This document shows, piece after piece, positions 13,701-26,759 of a DNA stretch of 64,000 nucleotides (position 1 is its first letter; every line of letters begins with the position of its first letter). The notes under the pieces were generated by a model. It worked only from the letters and a program-made list of their open reading frames with translations. It had not been told where the DNA came from and did no database searches. The position numbers were made by a program, and so were the translations under genes. Source of the DNA: Eledone cirrhosa (taxonomy: Eukaryota); contig OZ024750.1 of NCBI GenBank assembly GCA_964016885.1, forward strand, positions 27,776,001 to 27,840,000. Direction: 5' to 3'.

Positions 13701-15008
13701 GTATCTAGAAGTATTTTCCATATCTAGGAGTATTTTCCATATTCTAGGAGTATTTTCCGTATCTAGGAGTATTTTCCGTATCTAGAAGTATTTCCCATAT
13801 CTAGGAATATTTTCCGTATCAAGAAATATTTATCGGATTTAGAAGTATTTTCCGTATCTAGGAGTATTTTCCATATCTAGGAGTATTTTCCATATCTAGG
13901 AGTATTTTCCGTATCTAGAAGTATTTTCCGTATCTAGGAGTATTTTCCATATCTAGGAGTATTTTCCATATCTAGGAGTATTTCCCGTATCTAGGAGTAT
14001 TTTCCATATTCTAGAAATATTTTCCATATCTAGGAGTATTTTCCACATCTAGGAGTATTTTCCGTATCTAGGAGTATTTTCCATATCTAGGAGTATTTTC
14101 CATATTCTAGAAATATTTTCCATATCTAGGAGTATTTTCCATATCTAGGAGTATTTTCCGTATCTAGGAGTATTTTCCATATCTAGGAGTATTTTCCGTA
14201 TCTAGGAGTATTTTCCATATTCTAGAAATATTTTCCATATCTAGGAGTATTTTCCATATCTAGAAGTATTTTCCGTATCTAGGAGTATTTTCCATATTCT
14301 AGAAATATTTTCCATATCTAGGAATATTTTCCATATCTAGAAGTATTTTCCGTATCTAGGAGTATTTTCCATATTCTAGAAATATTTTCCATATATAGGA
14401 GTATTTTCCATATCTAGGAGTATTTTCCGTATCTAGGAGTATTTCCCATATCTAGGAGTATTTTCCATATTCTAGAAATATTTTCCATATCTAGGAGTAT
14501 TTTCCATATCTAGGAGTATTTTCCATATCTAGAAGTATTTTCCGTATCTAGGAGTATTTTCCATATTCTAGAAATATTTTCCATATCTAGGAGTATTTTC
14601 CATATCTAGGAGTATTTTCCATATCTAGAAGTATTTTCCGTATCTAGGAGTATTTTCCATATTCTAGAAGTATTTTCCGTATCTAGGAGTATTTTCCGTA
14701 TCTAGGAGTATTTTCCGTATCTAGGAGTATTTTCCGTATCTAGGAGTATTTTCCATATTCTAGAAATATTTTCCATATCTAGGAGTATTTTCCGTATCTA
14801 GGAGTATTTTCCGTATCTAGGAGTATTTTCCGTATCTAGGAGTATTTTCCGTATCTAGGAGTATTTTCCGTATCTAGGAGTATTTTCCATATCTAGGAGT
14901 ATTTTCCATATCTAGAAGTATTTTCCATATTTAGAAGTATTTTCCATATTTAGGAGTATTTTCCGTATCTAAGTATTTTCCGTACCAAGGAGTATTTTAC
15001 CATATTTT
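4780..15008. repeat. Satellite array, 19-bp unit TATTT(T/C)CC(G/A)TATCTAG(G/A)AG, ~540 copies, with higher-order repeats
   Basis: Direct reading; edges are degenerate and variant units recur at fixed offsets. Confidence 0.97.
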
Positions 15009-15186
15009 CTCAATTATTCTTTATAGTGATTGACTGTTCATACAGTAATTTTCTATGTTGGGACGCTCACATATAATGTACATTTATTTTTAATGGAACT
15101 TGTGTAAATTATTTTCACACTTTTGTATTTTGTAATTTTTTACAGAAACAAGTGTCATGACTATAACGATAGCTTTACTATGTTTG

Positions 15187-15240
<54 letters not shown>

Positions 15241-15243
<3 letters not shown>

Positions 15244-15770
15244 AATGGAATAGAGTGAAACGAAATTTCATTTCTCACTCTTAGTACGGCACTTACTTAA
15301 ATGTAAGTATGTATGTATGTATATACATACATATATGTATACAGACGTACAGTAGTATGTATATATATACATACATGCACACATATATATATGCACGTAT
15401 CGGTTTACCGAACATTTATTATAATGCTCGGTCTGTTTGTTTGTAGACAAACAAACAGCCCGAATTACGCCGTACAGTGTTTAGGCAACCACGCCACCTT
15501 TTTGTTCAACACTGACACAGGAACGATGTACTAGTTTCAAGCTTATTAGCTATCGTCAGCATCGTATACCTTCCTGCCAGATGGCGTAATGCGGGCTGTT
15601 TGTTTGTTTACAAACAAACAAACCGAGCATTATAATAAATGTTCGGTAAACCGATACGTGCATATATATAAGTGTGCATGTATGTATATATATACATACT
15701 ACTGTACGTCTGTATACATATATGTATGTACCTATACATACATACATACTTACATATATATTTATATATA
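15241..15770 (-). mobile_element. HHR element family C, copy 1: long arm with tail (-) plus tail-less inverted arm (+)
   Basis: 15313-15470 is inverted at ~15583-15750; homologous to 25576-26064; flanked by (TA)n. Confidence 0.85.
15523..15565 (-). ncRNA. Minimal type I hammerhead ribozyme
   Basis: ACGAUG-CUGACGA-U-AGCU-AAUA-AGCU-U-GAAAC-UA-GUA^CAUCGU: 6-bp stem I, intact core, palindromic stem III ACUAGU. Confidence 0.9.
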
Positions 15771-15952
15771 TAGGAAAAAGTATGACCCCGACGGCAGAGC
15801 TCAAGCCGTTTCGACGGCTATATAGCCGTCAAAACGGCTTGAGCTCTGCCGTCGGGGTCATACTTTTCCATTTTTCCTACTCTACTACCCTAAGTATTGA
15901 GTACTCTGGTGCGTTATGGTCCATCTGGTTCATTACCACAATTCCTTTGTTA
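15771..15952 (+). mobile_element. Family A (TA)n-targeted asymmetric hairpin element
   Basis: Palindrome centred ~15821 (GACCCCGACGGCAGAGCTCAAGCCGTTT / AAACGGCTTGAGCTCTGCCGTCGGGGTC) plus a one-sided tail. Other copies at 19890, 24054, 24331, 26346, 27899, 28249, 52163, 54127, 57137, 60337. Confidence 0.85.
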
Positions 15953-15970
15953 TATATATATAAATGAAAA

Positions 15971-16016
<46 letters not shown>

Positions 16017-16018
<2 letters not shown>

Positions 16019-16432
16019 TTTCTGAATTTGTTTAGCAAGATTCTTTATCTGAAAACGTGTGTTGAAACCGATATTGTTATACTTTGGGAGGGTCATGTTG
16101 CCAATAAGAAACACACGCACCAGTTGCTTTCACTTCAATTTATTATAAATTAAATTTATAAATTTAGGAATTTGCAAAAACAAGATGGCGTAGGACAGAA
16201 CAAAGGAGAGGCACAAAAACAAAGAAAAGAATCCCCAGTCACTGAAGAGGTCACAGAATGTGTGACGAAAGAACTTTGACAATATCTGAACAATCGTCTG
16301 GTTGTGGAACCAACCAACCAACCGGAAATTTATAAATTCTTAAATTTATAAATTTAATTTATAATAAATTGAAGTGAACAACTGGTGCATGTGTTTCTTA
16401 TTGGCAACGTGACCCTCCCAAAGTATAACAAT
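16017..16432. mobile_element. HHR element family E, inverted arms with a tail on the left
   Basis: 16073-16165 is inverted at ~16340-16432; homologous to 52378-52952 and 50105-50290. Confidence 0.85.
16238..16280 (+). ncRNA. Minimal type I hammerhead ribozyme
   Basis: GUCA-CUGAAGA-G-GUCACA-GAAUG-UGUGAC-GAAAG-AA-CUU^UGAC. Confidence 0.8.
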
Positions 16433-16831
16433 ATATATATATATATATATATACATATACACATATATATAAATATATACACATACATAATTACACACAT
16501 GTATATATATATATATATATATACATATATAAATATATATATAGAGAGAGTGAGAGAAAGTGAGGGGGGAGTAAGGGAGAGATAGAGAGAGAGAGAGAAA
16601 GGGAGAATGAGAGGAAGGAATACAGAAATGTACATACATTTATTTACGCAGCGAAATAAATTGAAGGGCGTATGCAAAATATGAATGTGTATGTGTGTAT
16701 GTGTGTATGTATATGATGTGCGTATGTATATATGTATGTATGTATGTGTGTATGTATGTGAGTGTGCGTGTTTATGTATGTGAGTGTGTATGTATGTATG
16801 TGAGTGTGTATCTATGTATGTGAGTGTTTAA

Positions 16832-16892
<61 letters not shown>

Positions 16893-16899
16893 TGTGTGT

Positions 16900-16926
16900 T
16901 TGTGCATGTAAGAGAAGATATATGGA

Positions 16927-16965
<39 letters not shown>

Positions 16966-17084
16966 TGTGTTTGTGTATGTGTTAATGTTTGTGTATGTAA
17001 GAGAAGGTATATGAAGTGAATGTATGTATGTGTGTGTATGTGAGTGTGAATGTATGTATATATATATATGTGTGTGAATGTTTG

Positions 17085-17121
<37 letters not shown>

Positions 17122-17166
17122 ATATAAGAGAAGATATATGAAGTGTATGTATGTGTGTGTATGTGA

Positions 17167-17204
<38 letters not shown>

Positions 17205-17249
17205 ATATAAGAGAAGATATATGAAGTGTATGTATGTGTGTGTATGTGA

Positions 17250-17287
<38 letters not shown>

Positions 17288-17332
17288 ATATAAGAGAAGA
17301 TATAGGAAGTGTATGTATGTGTGTGTATGTGA

Positions 17333-17368
<36 letters not shown>

Positions 17369-17411
17369 ATATATAAGAGAAGATATATGAAGTGTATGTG
17401 TGTGTATGTGA

Positions 17412-17451
<40 letters not shown>

Positions 17452-18160
17452 ATATAAGAGAAGATATATGAAGTGTATGTATGTATGTATGTGTGTGTAT
17501 GTGAGTGTGTATGTCAGTATGTATGTATATATATGTGTGTGTGTGTATATAAGAGAAGATATATGAAGTGTATGTATGTATATGTGTGTATGTCAGTATG
17601 TATGTATGTATATATATGTGTGTGTGTGTATATAAGAGAAGATATATGAAGTGAATGTATGTATGTGTGTGTATGTCAGTATGTATGTATGTATATATAT
17701 GTGTGTGTGTGTATATAAGAGAAGATATATGAAGTGTATGTATGTATGTGTGTGTATGTCAGTATGTATGTATATATATGTGTGTGTGTATATAAGAGAA
17801 GATATATGAAGTGTATGTATGTATGTGTGTGTATGTGAGTGTGTATGTCAGTATGTATGTATGTATATATATCTGTGTGTGTGTGTATATAAGAGAAGAT
17901 ATATGAAGTGTATGTATGTATGTGTGTGTATGTCAGTATGTATGTATATATATGTGTGTGTGTGTATATAAGAGAAGATATATGAAGTGTATGTATGTAT
18001 GTGTGTGTATGTGAGTGTGTATGTCAGTATGTATGTATGTATATATATCTGTGTGTGTGTGTATATAAGAGAAGATATATGAAGTGTATGTATGTATGTG
18101 TGTGTATGTCAGTATGTATGTATGTATATATATGTGTGTGTGTGTATATAAGAGAAGTTA
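16900..18160. repeat. Compound minisatellite: ATAAGAGAAGATATATGAAGTG anchor plus TG/TA microsatellites
   Basis: The anchor recurs about every 60-90 bp. Confidence 0.9.
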
Positions 18161-18346
18161 TAGTGTAGGCTGGGCTGAAAGATGGCAAAACAGTGAAAAG
18201 GAAAACAAATGAAGAGAAGGATGTAAATAACGAGGTGGAGGAGGAAGAAAGTGAAATAGTGAGAGGGGGCGGTACTTCTTGTATATATATATATATATAC
18301 ATATATATGCATGTATATATATATATATATATATACATATATATGC

Positions 18347-18422
<76 letters not shown>

Positions 18423-18650
18423 CATACATATATATATATGCATGTATATATATATATATATATACATGCATATATATATATTTACACATATATATATGTA
18501 TATATATATATTTACATACATATGTATATAAATACACATATGTATAAAGAGAAAAAGATTAAGAGCTAGATATGGAGAGAGATAGATAGATAGATAGAGA
18601 TAGAGAGGAGAGAGAGATGGTGAGAGAGAGAGAGAAAGAGTTAGAGAGAC

Positions 18651-18683
<33 letters not shown>

Positions 18684-18689
18684 CATAGT

Positions 18690-18734
<45 letters not shown>

Positions 18735-18838
18735 AAAGATGGTGTGAGAGAGAGAGAGAGACATAGTTAGATAGATAGATAAATAGAGAGAGAGAGATGG
18801 TGAGAGAGAGAGAGAAAGAGGTAGAGAGACATAGTTAG

Positions 18839-18907
<69 letters not shown>

Positions 18908-18994
18908 GTTAGATAGTTAGATAGTTAGATAGGTAGATATATTTCTATATTAGCTACAAGGGCGCACAAGAAAAGGGGCCAATACAAAGATAGT

Positions 18995-19075
<81 letters not shown>

Positions 19076-19284
19076 TGAGCGATGGTGAAAGAGAAGGAGT
19101 TGAGATGAAGTGCTGCGGGGGTAATATGAACCTAAAGTAGGAAGAGATAACATTTGTGTTAAAAGCACCATCGGTCGTTGACCGTGTTTAGCTGCTGAAG
19201 TATATGATATGGAATGAGAACATTAAACGAGCAGTTGACCGCATTATGTTCTTGCATGTGTTGATGTTGCGTGACTTTCTGATG

Positions 19285-19790
19285 ATGTTGTTGCGTGTGT
19301 TTGTGCTTGTGTTGTTGTTGCGTGTGTTTGTGCTTGTGTTGTTGTTGTGTGTGTTTGTGCTTGTGTTGTTGTTGTGTGTGTTTGTGCTTGTGTTCTTCTT
19401 GCGTGTGTTTGTGCTTGTGTTGTTGTTGCGTGTGTTTGTGCTTGTGTTTTTTGTTGTGTGTGTTTGTGCTTGTGTTGATGTTGCGTGTGTTTGTGCTTGT
19501 GTTGTTGTTGCGTGTGTTTGTGCTTGTGTTTTTTGTTGTGTGTGTTTGTGCTTGTGTTTTTTGTTGCGTGTGTTTGTGCTTGTGTTGTTGTTGCGTGTGT
19601 TTGTGCTTGTGTTTTTTGTTGCGTGTGTTTGTGCTTGTGTTGTTGTTGCGTGTGTTTGTGCTTGTGTTGTTCTTGCGTGTGTTTGTGCTTGTGTTGTTGT
19701 TGTGTGTGTTTGTGCTTGTGTTGATGTTGCGTGTGTTTGTGCTTGTATTGTTGTTGTGTGTGTTTGTGTTTGTGTTGTTGTTGCGTGTTT
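19285..19790. repeat. ~27-bp minisatellite GCGTGTGTTTGTGCTTGTGTTGTTGTT
   Basis: Direct reading; a short inverted copy lies at ~20470-20515. Confidence 0.9.
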
Positions 19791-19820
19791 GCTGCAGTAT
19801 ACATATATACATACATATAC

Positions 19821-19893
<73 letters not shown>

Positions 19894-20002
19894 AACGAGT
19901 AGGACCCCGACGGCTGAGCTCAAGCCGTTTCGACGGCTAATTCTGGACTATATATATGTATGTCTATATATATATACATATACACACACACATATATATA
20001 CA

Positions 20003-20275
20003 AATAAGTAATGTATAGGGAACGTTTCCACGTACCAAAGTATCGTCTTCCTGTCTTCCTCCGGTTGCAACGTTTTTTGAAATATTCACTTCTGCGTTCA
20101 TAGATTGGCTTTGTTAGTTTCAGAAGATCCCGTTAAGGGTGAAAGCACCGATTCTTTGCTTAAACTCTAATCTGTTATTTTAATAAATATTTGCTCTACA
20201 GTTCTTATATATTTGATATATATATATCCTTATCGAGCCCTCTTTGGATTTTAGTCTTCAAAAATGTATTATTAT
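20003..20275 (+). mobile_element. PLE-like terminal fragment (family K) with a degenerate HHR at 20121-20150
   Basis: CAGAAGA-U-CCC-GUUAA-GGG-U-GAAA (core U mutated) followed by AATAAA; the 3' part is repeated at 39980-40080. Confidence 0.55.
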
Positions 20276-20369
20276 TACTTTGCCTTTCCTCCTTACGGGG
20301 TCGATAAAATAAAGTACCAGTAATGCACTGGGTAATTGCTGGCCTTGTGCCTAATGTAGAAACAATTAT

Positions 20370-20407
<38 letters not shown>

Positions 20408-20619
20408 ATATGTATATATATATAGACATATATATATATATATATATATATGTATATGTATGTATATATGTATACTGCAGCAAACACGCAACATCAACAC
20501 AAGCACAAACACATACACACATATATATATATATATATATAATGTGTATAGCTTTATCTAAAGAGACTCAAAAGCCTGAAGCAAATCATTAGTTATTAAA
20601 ATTCGTGTGCGTTCCGCAT

Positions 20620-21400
20620 CTTCACTCTAATTATCATCATGTTTAAGACGGTGTTGTGTCATTTCAATGAGGTTTTCATTAGCTATTTAGTCACAATATG
20701 ATACCAATATCTCCTTTATACCTTCACTAATGTACCAGTGCAATAATCTCTTAAGGAAAATTTTCTATTACCTTCTTAAACCCAGGAACTCTGCAATGCT
20801 GAGTTTACTCAAGAGGATATTTTTTGCAGTTGTTTTAATATTTTCGTCATGCCTCTGTCAGTCAATTTTTAAATATTATTCATACCATAATAAATTTCCG
20901 TTAAGTTTGTCTTGCTTTAACCATCTACGAAATGAATCAATAGCTTATACTTGCGTTGTAAAATTAGAGTTTTAAAGGTAGCAATAACTTGCTGGTAGAT
21001 ATGATAGGAAAGGTACTTGGACATTATCTGTTAGGTGATCTCGGTTTGGTGGATCAGCTAGGGCCTTTTCCACAAGTAACGCAATAACATGAGGGAAATC
21101 TATCATAGAACACTGTTCTATTAATCTATCTTTATTTATTTGCCCGTAATAGATAAGATTTAGAGTAGCTTTTCATAGTTATTTCTGTCTGAGAATGGTA
21201 AACCGTCAGTGATTAGAACTTATGTCTTGTGAAGTACACCCACCAAGCTGGTATATCTTATGATATTTACGAACCTTAATCCTTATTGTAGTATCTTCCG
21301 CTTTAGAGACCTAAAAAGATTATATCTGAAGTGATCATCATGAAATAAAAGTCTTTGGTGGTAGCCACCTATTTATTGTCCCCAATGATATTTTCCCCAG
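20620..21400 (-). pseudogene. Highly decayed pogo/Tigger-type DDD transposase fossil
   Basis: Minus-strand fragments occur in the expected order: GGY..LF.DD, TVYHSQ, IALLVEKALADPP (cf. LLLLDNAPGHP), NVQVPFL, QQVIATFK (cf. DQGVIATFK). Many stops and frameshifts. Confidence 0.55.
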
Positions 21401-21878
21401 TTTCCTATCGCTATTATCATTGTAGCAAATCTGTGTTTAGATTTCAACATTTCTAATTTAAAGTAATCCAAACGCCTCGATAAATTATAAGGGTTGATGG
21501 TTAGTATTTTCTTCATTGTTACTTTTATATTTTTTTTATTTTACTTGCTGAATAATTCTAACAGGTACAAGGGGAAAAAAGGACAAATAAAATCAAAGTC
21601 AAAAATCAGTATGAGAGGCGAGAGGTAAGGCAAACCAGAAAGGTTTGTTACATGGACGCCAAGAACGAATTTAATGTAAAACATGACACAGTGAGTCTTA
21701 ACTCAGTAAATTAACATACAAACACAAAAGCTAACACAAAACAACAATATAAAAATAACAAACGCTAGCTCGTCGAAGCTAATGACACATTTTAATATAA
21801 TTTCTGTTACAATACATGTTAAGATTTAGTCACCTTAATGAATTTTAAATTGGCAATTATCGCTTTATTCACCTAAAT

Positions 21879-22195
21879 CAGGGGTCTGCAACATATTCCA
21901 TTGGCAGGCCACTTTTGAACATTGGAACAACTGTTAGGGCCATTAATGTTTATTAAGCACTAAGATTCACCACAACTTCTTTCCATAGCATGGAACTGGG
22001 AAATTATAACACATATAACCCTAACAGAGACGCCCTTTAGTATAGGTCAACTAACAGAAAATGTTATTACGTTTACGAAAAAAATTCTAAATAAGTCTAC
22101 AAGGTAAAAATTAAAAACGGTCATCGCAGACCACTCTGACTGGTCGGGGGGGGGGGGGGGGATTGTGGCCCGCGGACCGCTTGTTGCACACCTTG
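21879..22195. mobile_element. hAT-type MITE
   Basis: TIRs CAGGGGTCTGCAAC / GTTGCACACCTTG; degenerate 8-bp TSD ACCTAAAT / ATCTTAAT. Confidence 0.75.
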
Positions 22196-22399
22196 ATCTT
22201 AATCCAATGAGTACTTTGGTATGGTGCGGTATGAACCCGTAACTCCTGAGAAGTCGTAGGGTGCCATATTGACATACGGCGTTTCTACGGCATTTTTAAA
22301 ACCTGGCGGAGCCCATCTCTTCTCCAGGCCTGAATACAGTACATTTCTTCCAGAGAAAGATAGAGAAAGTGAGAGAAAGGAAGTGAGAAAGAGATATAC

Positions 22400-22543
22400 G
22401 TGACTGGTACTTTTTTTATCGACCTTGAATCGTTGAAAGGCAAAGTAGATCTCAGTTGGATTTGATCTCAGAAAGTAGAGAGCCGAAACTAATAAAACAA
22501 AGCATTCTATTCGACGTTCTAACGACTCTGCCAATTCGCCACC
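22400..22543 (-). mobile_element. Old SINE S1-related copy
   Basis: Diverged core ACTGGTACTTTTTTATCGACC..GAAAGGCAAAG and head. Confidence 0.75.
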
Positions 22544-22547
22544 TATA

Positions 22548-22767
22548 AAGGAACGATCGACTTTCGTCAAATCGGACCGAGGGAACAATGTTTCCGTTGG
22601 TCTTTCCAATTGCTAATACTATCTATCGGTCGCAACTCCAGGTAGAAGGAGCAACATGAAATAAAGTGTCTGGCTCAAGGACATAACGCATCGCCTGGTC
22701 CAGGAATCGAACTCACAACCTTACGATTGCGAATCCAATTCTCTAACCACTCAGCCACACGCCACCT
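22548..22767 (-). mobile_element. tRNA-derived SINE family S2
   Basis: A-box TGGCTGAGTGG, B-box GTTCGATTCC and CCTTGAGCCAGACACTTTATTTCA; homologous to 42435-42710 (+). Confidence 0.8.
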
Positions 22768-22911
22768 ATTGAGTTCTTTAATACAGTTAAGGAAAGAAAT
22801 GAGAATAGAGAGTGACAAATGTTTATAGTTTGTATTTTGTTTATATAGTTTTAAAGTTTATTTTAATACTTAATTGCTCTGCGGGGTGGTGTGGAGGTTT
22901 CAGTGCATCTC

Positions 22912-23059
22912 CTCGCCCTCCTCCGGCCCAATACGTTCTCCATCCTTTCGGCTGAGACCCAGACCTAGAGGGGCTGTTCTAGCAGGTCTCTCTCGCCCTC
23001 CTCCGGCCCAATACGTTCTCCATCCTTTCGGCTGAGACCCAGACCTAGAGGGGCTGTTC
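22912..23059. repeat. Perfect local tandem duplication, period 80 bp
   Basis: CTCGCCCTCCTCCGGCCC...GGGCTGTTC occurs twice. Confidence 0.9.
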
Positions 23060-23084
23060 CATATATATATATATAGATAGATAG

Positions 23085-23223
23085 ATAAGTTTATCCCGGG
23101 TTCAATCGGGGGCTAACCACAGTAAGTAAGGTACTCAATACATAGCAGAGTATAAATATGTAATATAGAAATGGCTTCTACAGGACTAGAATGACAGGTT
23201 TCCTGTAGAAGCCATTTCTATAT

Positions 23224-23227
<4 letters not shown>
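23085..23227 (-). mobile_element. Family F hairpin terminal fragment
   Basis: Inverted arms AATATAGAAATGGCTTCTACAGGA / TCCTGTAGAAGCCATTTCTATATT plus a tail; related copies at 23586-23682, 36445-36632, 53668-54005. Confidence 0.75.
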
Positions 23228-23313
<86 letters not shown>

Positions 23314-23360
23314 TGTGTGTGAGATGTGAGAAAAACCACAGACCCTCTATCTCAAATCTA

Positions 23361-23396
23361 CTTTTGAAAAGCAGAAGAACTGCGAAACCGGTAAAG
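23361..23396 (+). ncRNA. Degenerate minimal hammerhead motif
   Basis: CUU-uUGAAaA-GCAG-AAGAA-CUGC-GAAAC-CG-GUA^AAG, followed by AATAAA; two core substitutions. Confidence 0.55.
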
Positions 23397-24330
23397 GAAC
23401 CAAATAAAAATATATATATTTTTTTAAATAAGACTCCAGTTGCATTTTCGATTTCACCTTTTTTTCTTTATACTTTCACTCGTGTAGGACACCTCGGTTA
23501 TTTTTCATTTTGTAAAAAGAACCTCACTTTCTAATATATATATACATACATATATATACTTATATATACATATATATAAGTATATATAAGTTATTCCGGG
23601 TTGAATCGGAGGTAACCACAGTAAATTTCTCACGAATGAAACAGTTCTAGTCCTGTAGAAGCAGCTCTTCTATATTAAAACTATATATATATATATATAT
23701 AATGTTTTGATTGAGAAAACCGGAAAATCCAGAAACTTGGATCCCGTCCATTCCCAAGCTTGTTGGATAAACGGTGCGGTATCTGTAGCTTTCCCTGAAC
23801 AATTTCACATCGCTTTCTTTATTGCTCTATCTTTACATTGTTAAAGTACATTTCAGGTTGTTTTTTTACTTTACTCCACTTCGTTTTATTATATTTCTGG
23901 CTAAAGTTATAACGACACGACGTTAAATGACGGGAGGTGGGGGGTGTATAGACAGAAATACGCCTATGCTGACATATACATATACACATACGTAAATACA
24001 TACATACATACATACATATGCAGATACATACATATATATGTATATATATATATAACGAAGGAGATGTGGTAAGGAACCAGATAGACCATAACGCACCAGA
24101 GTACTCAATACATTTCATTTCACTTTCAATGTTTGACCGGCTCCACTCACTCCCTCATTGTTCTACAGGCAAGTTCAGCCACCCCTACCACCCACCAATT
24201 GCCATGACAGACTTATTTGTGTTTACAACAAATGTTGACCAATCCTCATGACAACTACAATCTTCCCATGTAAGGAAGTACCCCTTGACAAGTTCAGCTA
24301 TTTATTTACCAGGCTAAAAATTCTAATTTA

Positions 24331-24411
24331 GTCCAGAAGTAGCCGTCGAAACGGCTTGAGCTCTGCCGTCGGGGCCATACTTTTTCCTATATATATACAT
24401 ATATATATATA

Positions 24412-24452
<41 letters not shown>

Positions 24453-24536
24453 TTAGTCCAGAAATAGCCGTCGAAACGGCTTGAGCTCTGCCGTCGGGGC
24501 CATACTTTTTCCTATATATATACATATATATATATA

Positions 24537-24577
<41 letters not shown>

Positions 24578-24624
24578 TTAGTCCAGAAATAGCCGTCGAA
24601 ACGGCTTCAGCTCTGCCGTCGGGG
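24331..24624 (+). repeat. Three tandem family A heads, period 125 bp
   Basis: GTCCAGAA.TAGCCGTCGAAACGGC at 24331, 24456, 24581. Confidence 0.9.
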
Positions 24625-25392
24625 GCAACAGATTCCTGAAACACTTGTACACTGCCTCTAATATATACCATTGTACACTGCATCTAATATATATCATTAT
24701 ACACTGCCACTCTACACTGCCTCTAATATATATCATTGTACACTGCCTCTAGTGTATATATTTCTACAGGGGTGTCTGTAATGATGACACAGATGGCGTT
24801 TGTCACGAGTTTAGGTTTTTGTTCAAACTTGGCAGAGGGTTTCTTAAGGTGGTTAACTCTGTTGAGCAGTTCATACTCTTTTTTGGGCCTGGCCATGACA
24901 GATCTCGACTACAAATGATGCTCAATGCCAAACTAGATAATATATATATATATAGTAGAATAATCGAGTATCGAAAAATCGGCGCACGAGTTCACGATAA
25001 GCAAAATTCGATATGAGTGGCAGAGGGCTCAATAATTCAGATAAATCAGAGCTATAACTATCGTTAAAATACCAGCACACATAGATTATGTCTAAAATCA
25101 ACCATACGACCGAAAAATTACGATCTGGAAGATTTGGGTCACTCAGATAAAATATCAATAAATCAATAAATCATATGAATGTAATATATTATATAACTGA
25201 AAATGCTTTCTGTTGCTTCACTGAGTTTCAAGGTTTCCCACTGATCACGCAACAGGAGTTGAGTTGCAAGATGAGGGGAAAGCTTTGAAAGGTAGTGTAG
25301 AAACAAAGTTATTACAATAATATATATATAAAGACTCTCGTTTGTGTAAAGTCACGAGCACAAACCGTTAAAGTTCACGGTCGAATATTTTC

Positions 25393-25473
<81 letters not shown>

Positions 25474-25659
25474 ACGTACATACATATATGTCTACAGACG
25501 TACAGTAGTATGTATATATATACATACATGCACACATATATATATGCACGTATCGGTTTACCGAACATTTATTAAGTACTAAGAGTGAGAAATGAAATTT
25601 CGTTTCATTCTATTCCATTTATCGTTTTCGGTGCGCCCGGCCGACTAGACTCACTCGAT

Positions 25660-25707
25660 ATGCAAATTAGGCTGCTCAGCCGTTAATATGCATAAGGAAA
25701 TTATATA
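25660..25707 (+). promoter_or_regulatory. Putative compact snRNA/U6-type promoter (octamer + TATA)
   Basis: ATGCAAAT at 25660-25667 and TATATA at 25702-25707; same spacing as family D. Confidence 0.5.
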
Positions 25708-25741
25708 CTTTCAGACGTTCAACCATCTGGCAGGAAGGTAT

Positions 25742-25784
25742 ACGATGCTGACGATAGCTAATAAGCTTGAAACTAGTACATCGT
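25742..25784 (+). ncRNA. Minimal type I hammerhead ribozyme (predicted cleavage 25778/25779)
   Basis: Identical to 15523-15565. Confidence 0.9.
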
Positions 25785-26077
25785 TCCTGTGTCAGTGTTG
25801 AACAAAAAGGTGACGTGATTGCCTAAACACTGTACGGCGTAATTCGGGCTGTTTGTTTGTCTACGAACAAAGAAACCGAGCATTATAATAAATGTTCGGT
25901 AAACCGATACATGCATATATATATGTGTGTGCATGTATGTATATATATATACATACTACTGTACGTCTGTATACATATATGTATGTACGTATACATACAT
26001 ATATTTAGGTATCAGCCGTACTAAGAGTGAGAAATGAAATTTCGTTTCATTCTATTCCATTTATATATATATATATA

Positions 26078-26250
<173 letters not shown>

Positions 26251-26253
26251 GTA

Positions 26254-26345
<92 letters not shown>

Positions 26346-26347
<2 letters not shown>

Positions 26348-26549
26348 ACAAAGAAGGTGTGGTAAGATACCAGGTGGACCATAACGCACCAGAGTACTCA
26401 ATACTTAGGGTAGTAGAGTGGGTAATAGGAAAAGAGTCAGGACCCCGACGGCTGAGCTCCGGCCGTTTCGACAGCTAGGTTTGAACAGTTCAGATCTAGT
26501 TGTCGAAACTGCCGGAGCTCAGCCGTCGGGGTCCTGAATCTTTTCCTAT
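26346..26549 (-). mobile_element. Family A hairpin element (second subfamily)
   Basis: Palindrome centred ~26487 with a tail on the left; same subfamily as 52163-52331. Confidence 0.85.
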
Positions 26550-26666
<117 letters not shown>

Positions 26667-26701
26667 CATACACGTAGCCATCCATGCGTGCATTTTTTAT
26701 C

Positions 26702-26738
<37 letters not shown>

Positions 26739-26759
26739 GTACATACATAGATATATATA

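Larger units (their letters stand above)
25465..26064 (+). mobile_element. Family C retrozyme-like element: 442-nt monomer with 47-bp direct terminal redundancy and a 5' inverted arm
   Basis: GTACTAAGAG...CCATTTAT at 25576-25622 and 26018-26064; inverted arm 25465-25573; no ORF; one HHR; flanked by (TA)n. Confidence 0.85.

Noticed and set aside
4780-15008. CRISPR-like array
   Set aside because: Head-to-tail 19-mers with no unique spacers and no cas genes, in a eukaryotic context
16900-18160. Repeat-spacer pattern around ATAAGAGAAGATATATGAAGTG
   Set aside because: The spacers are TG/TA microsatellite variants, so this is a minisatellite
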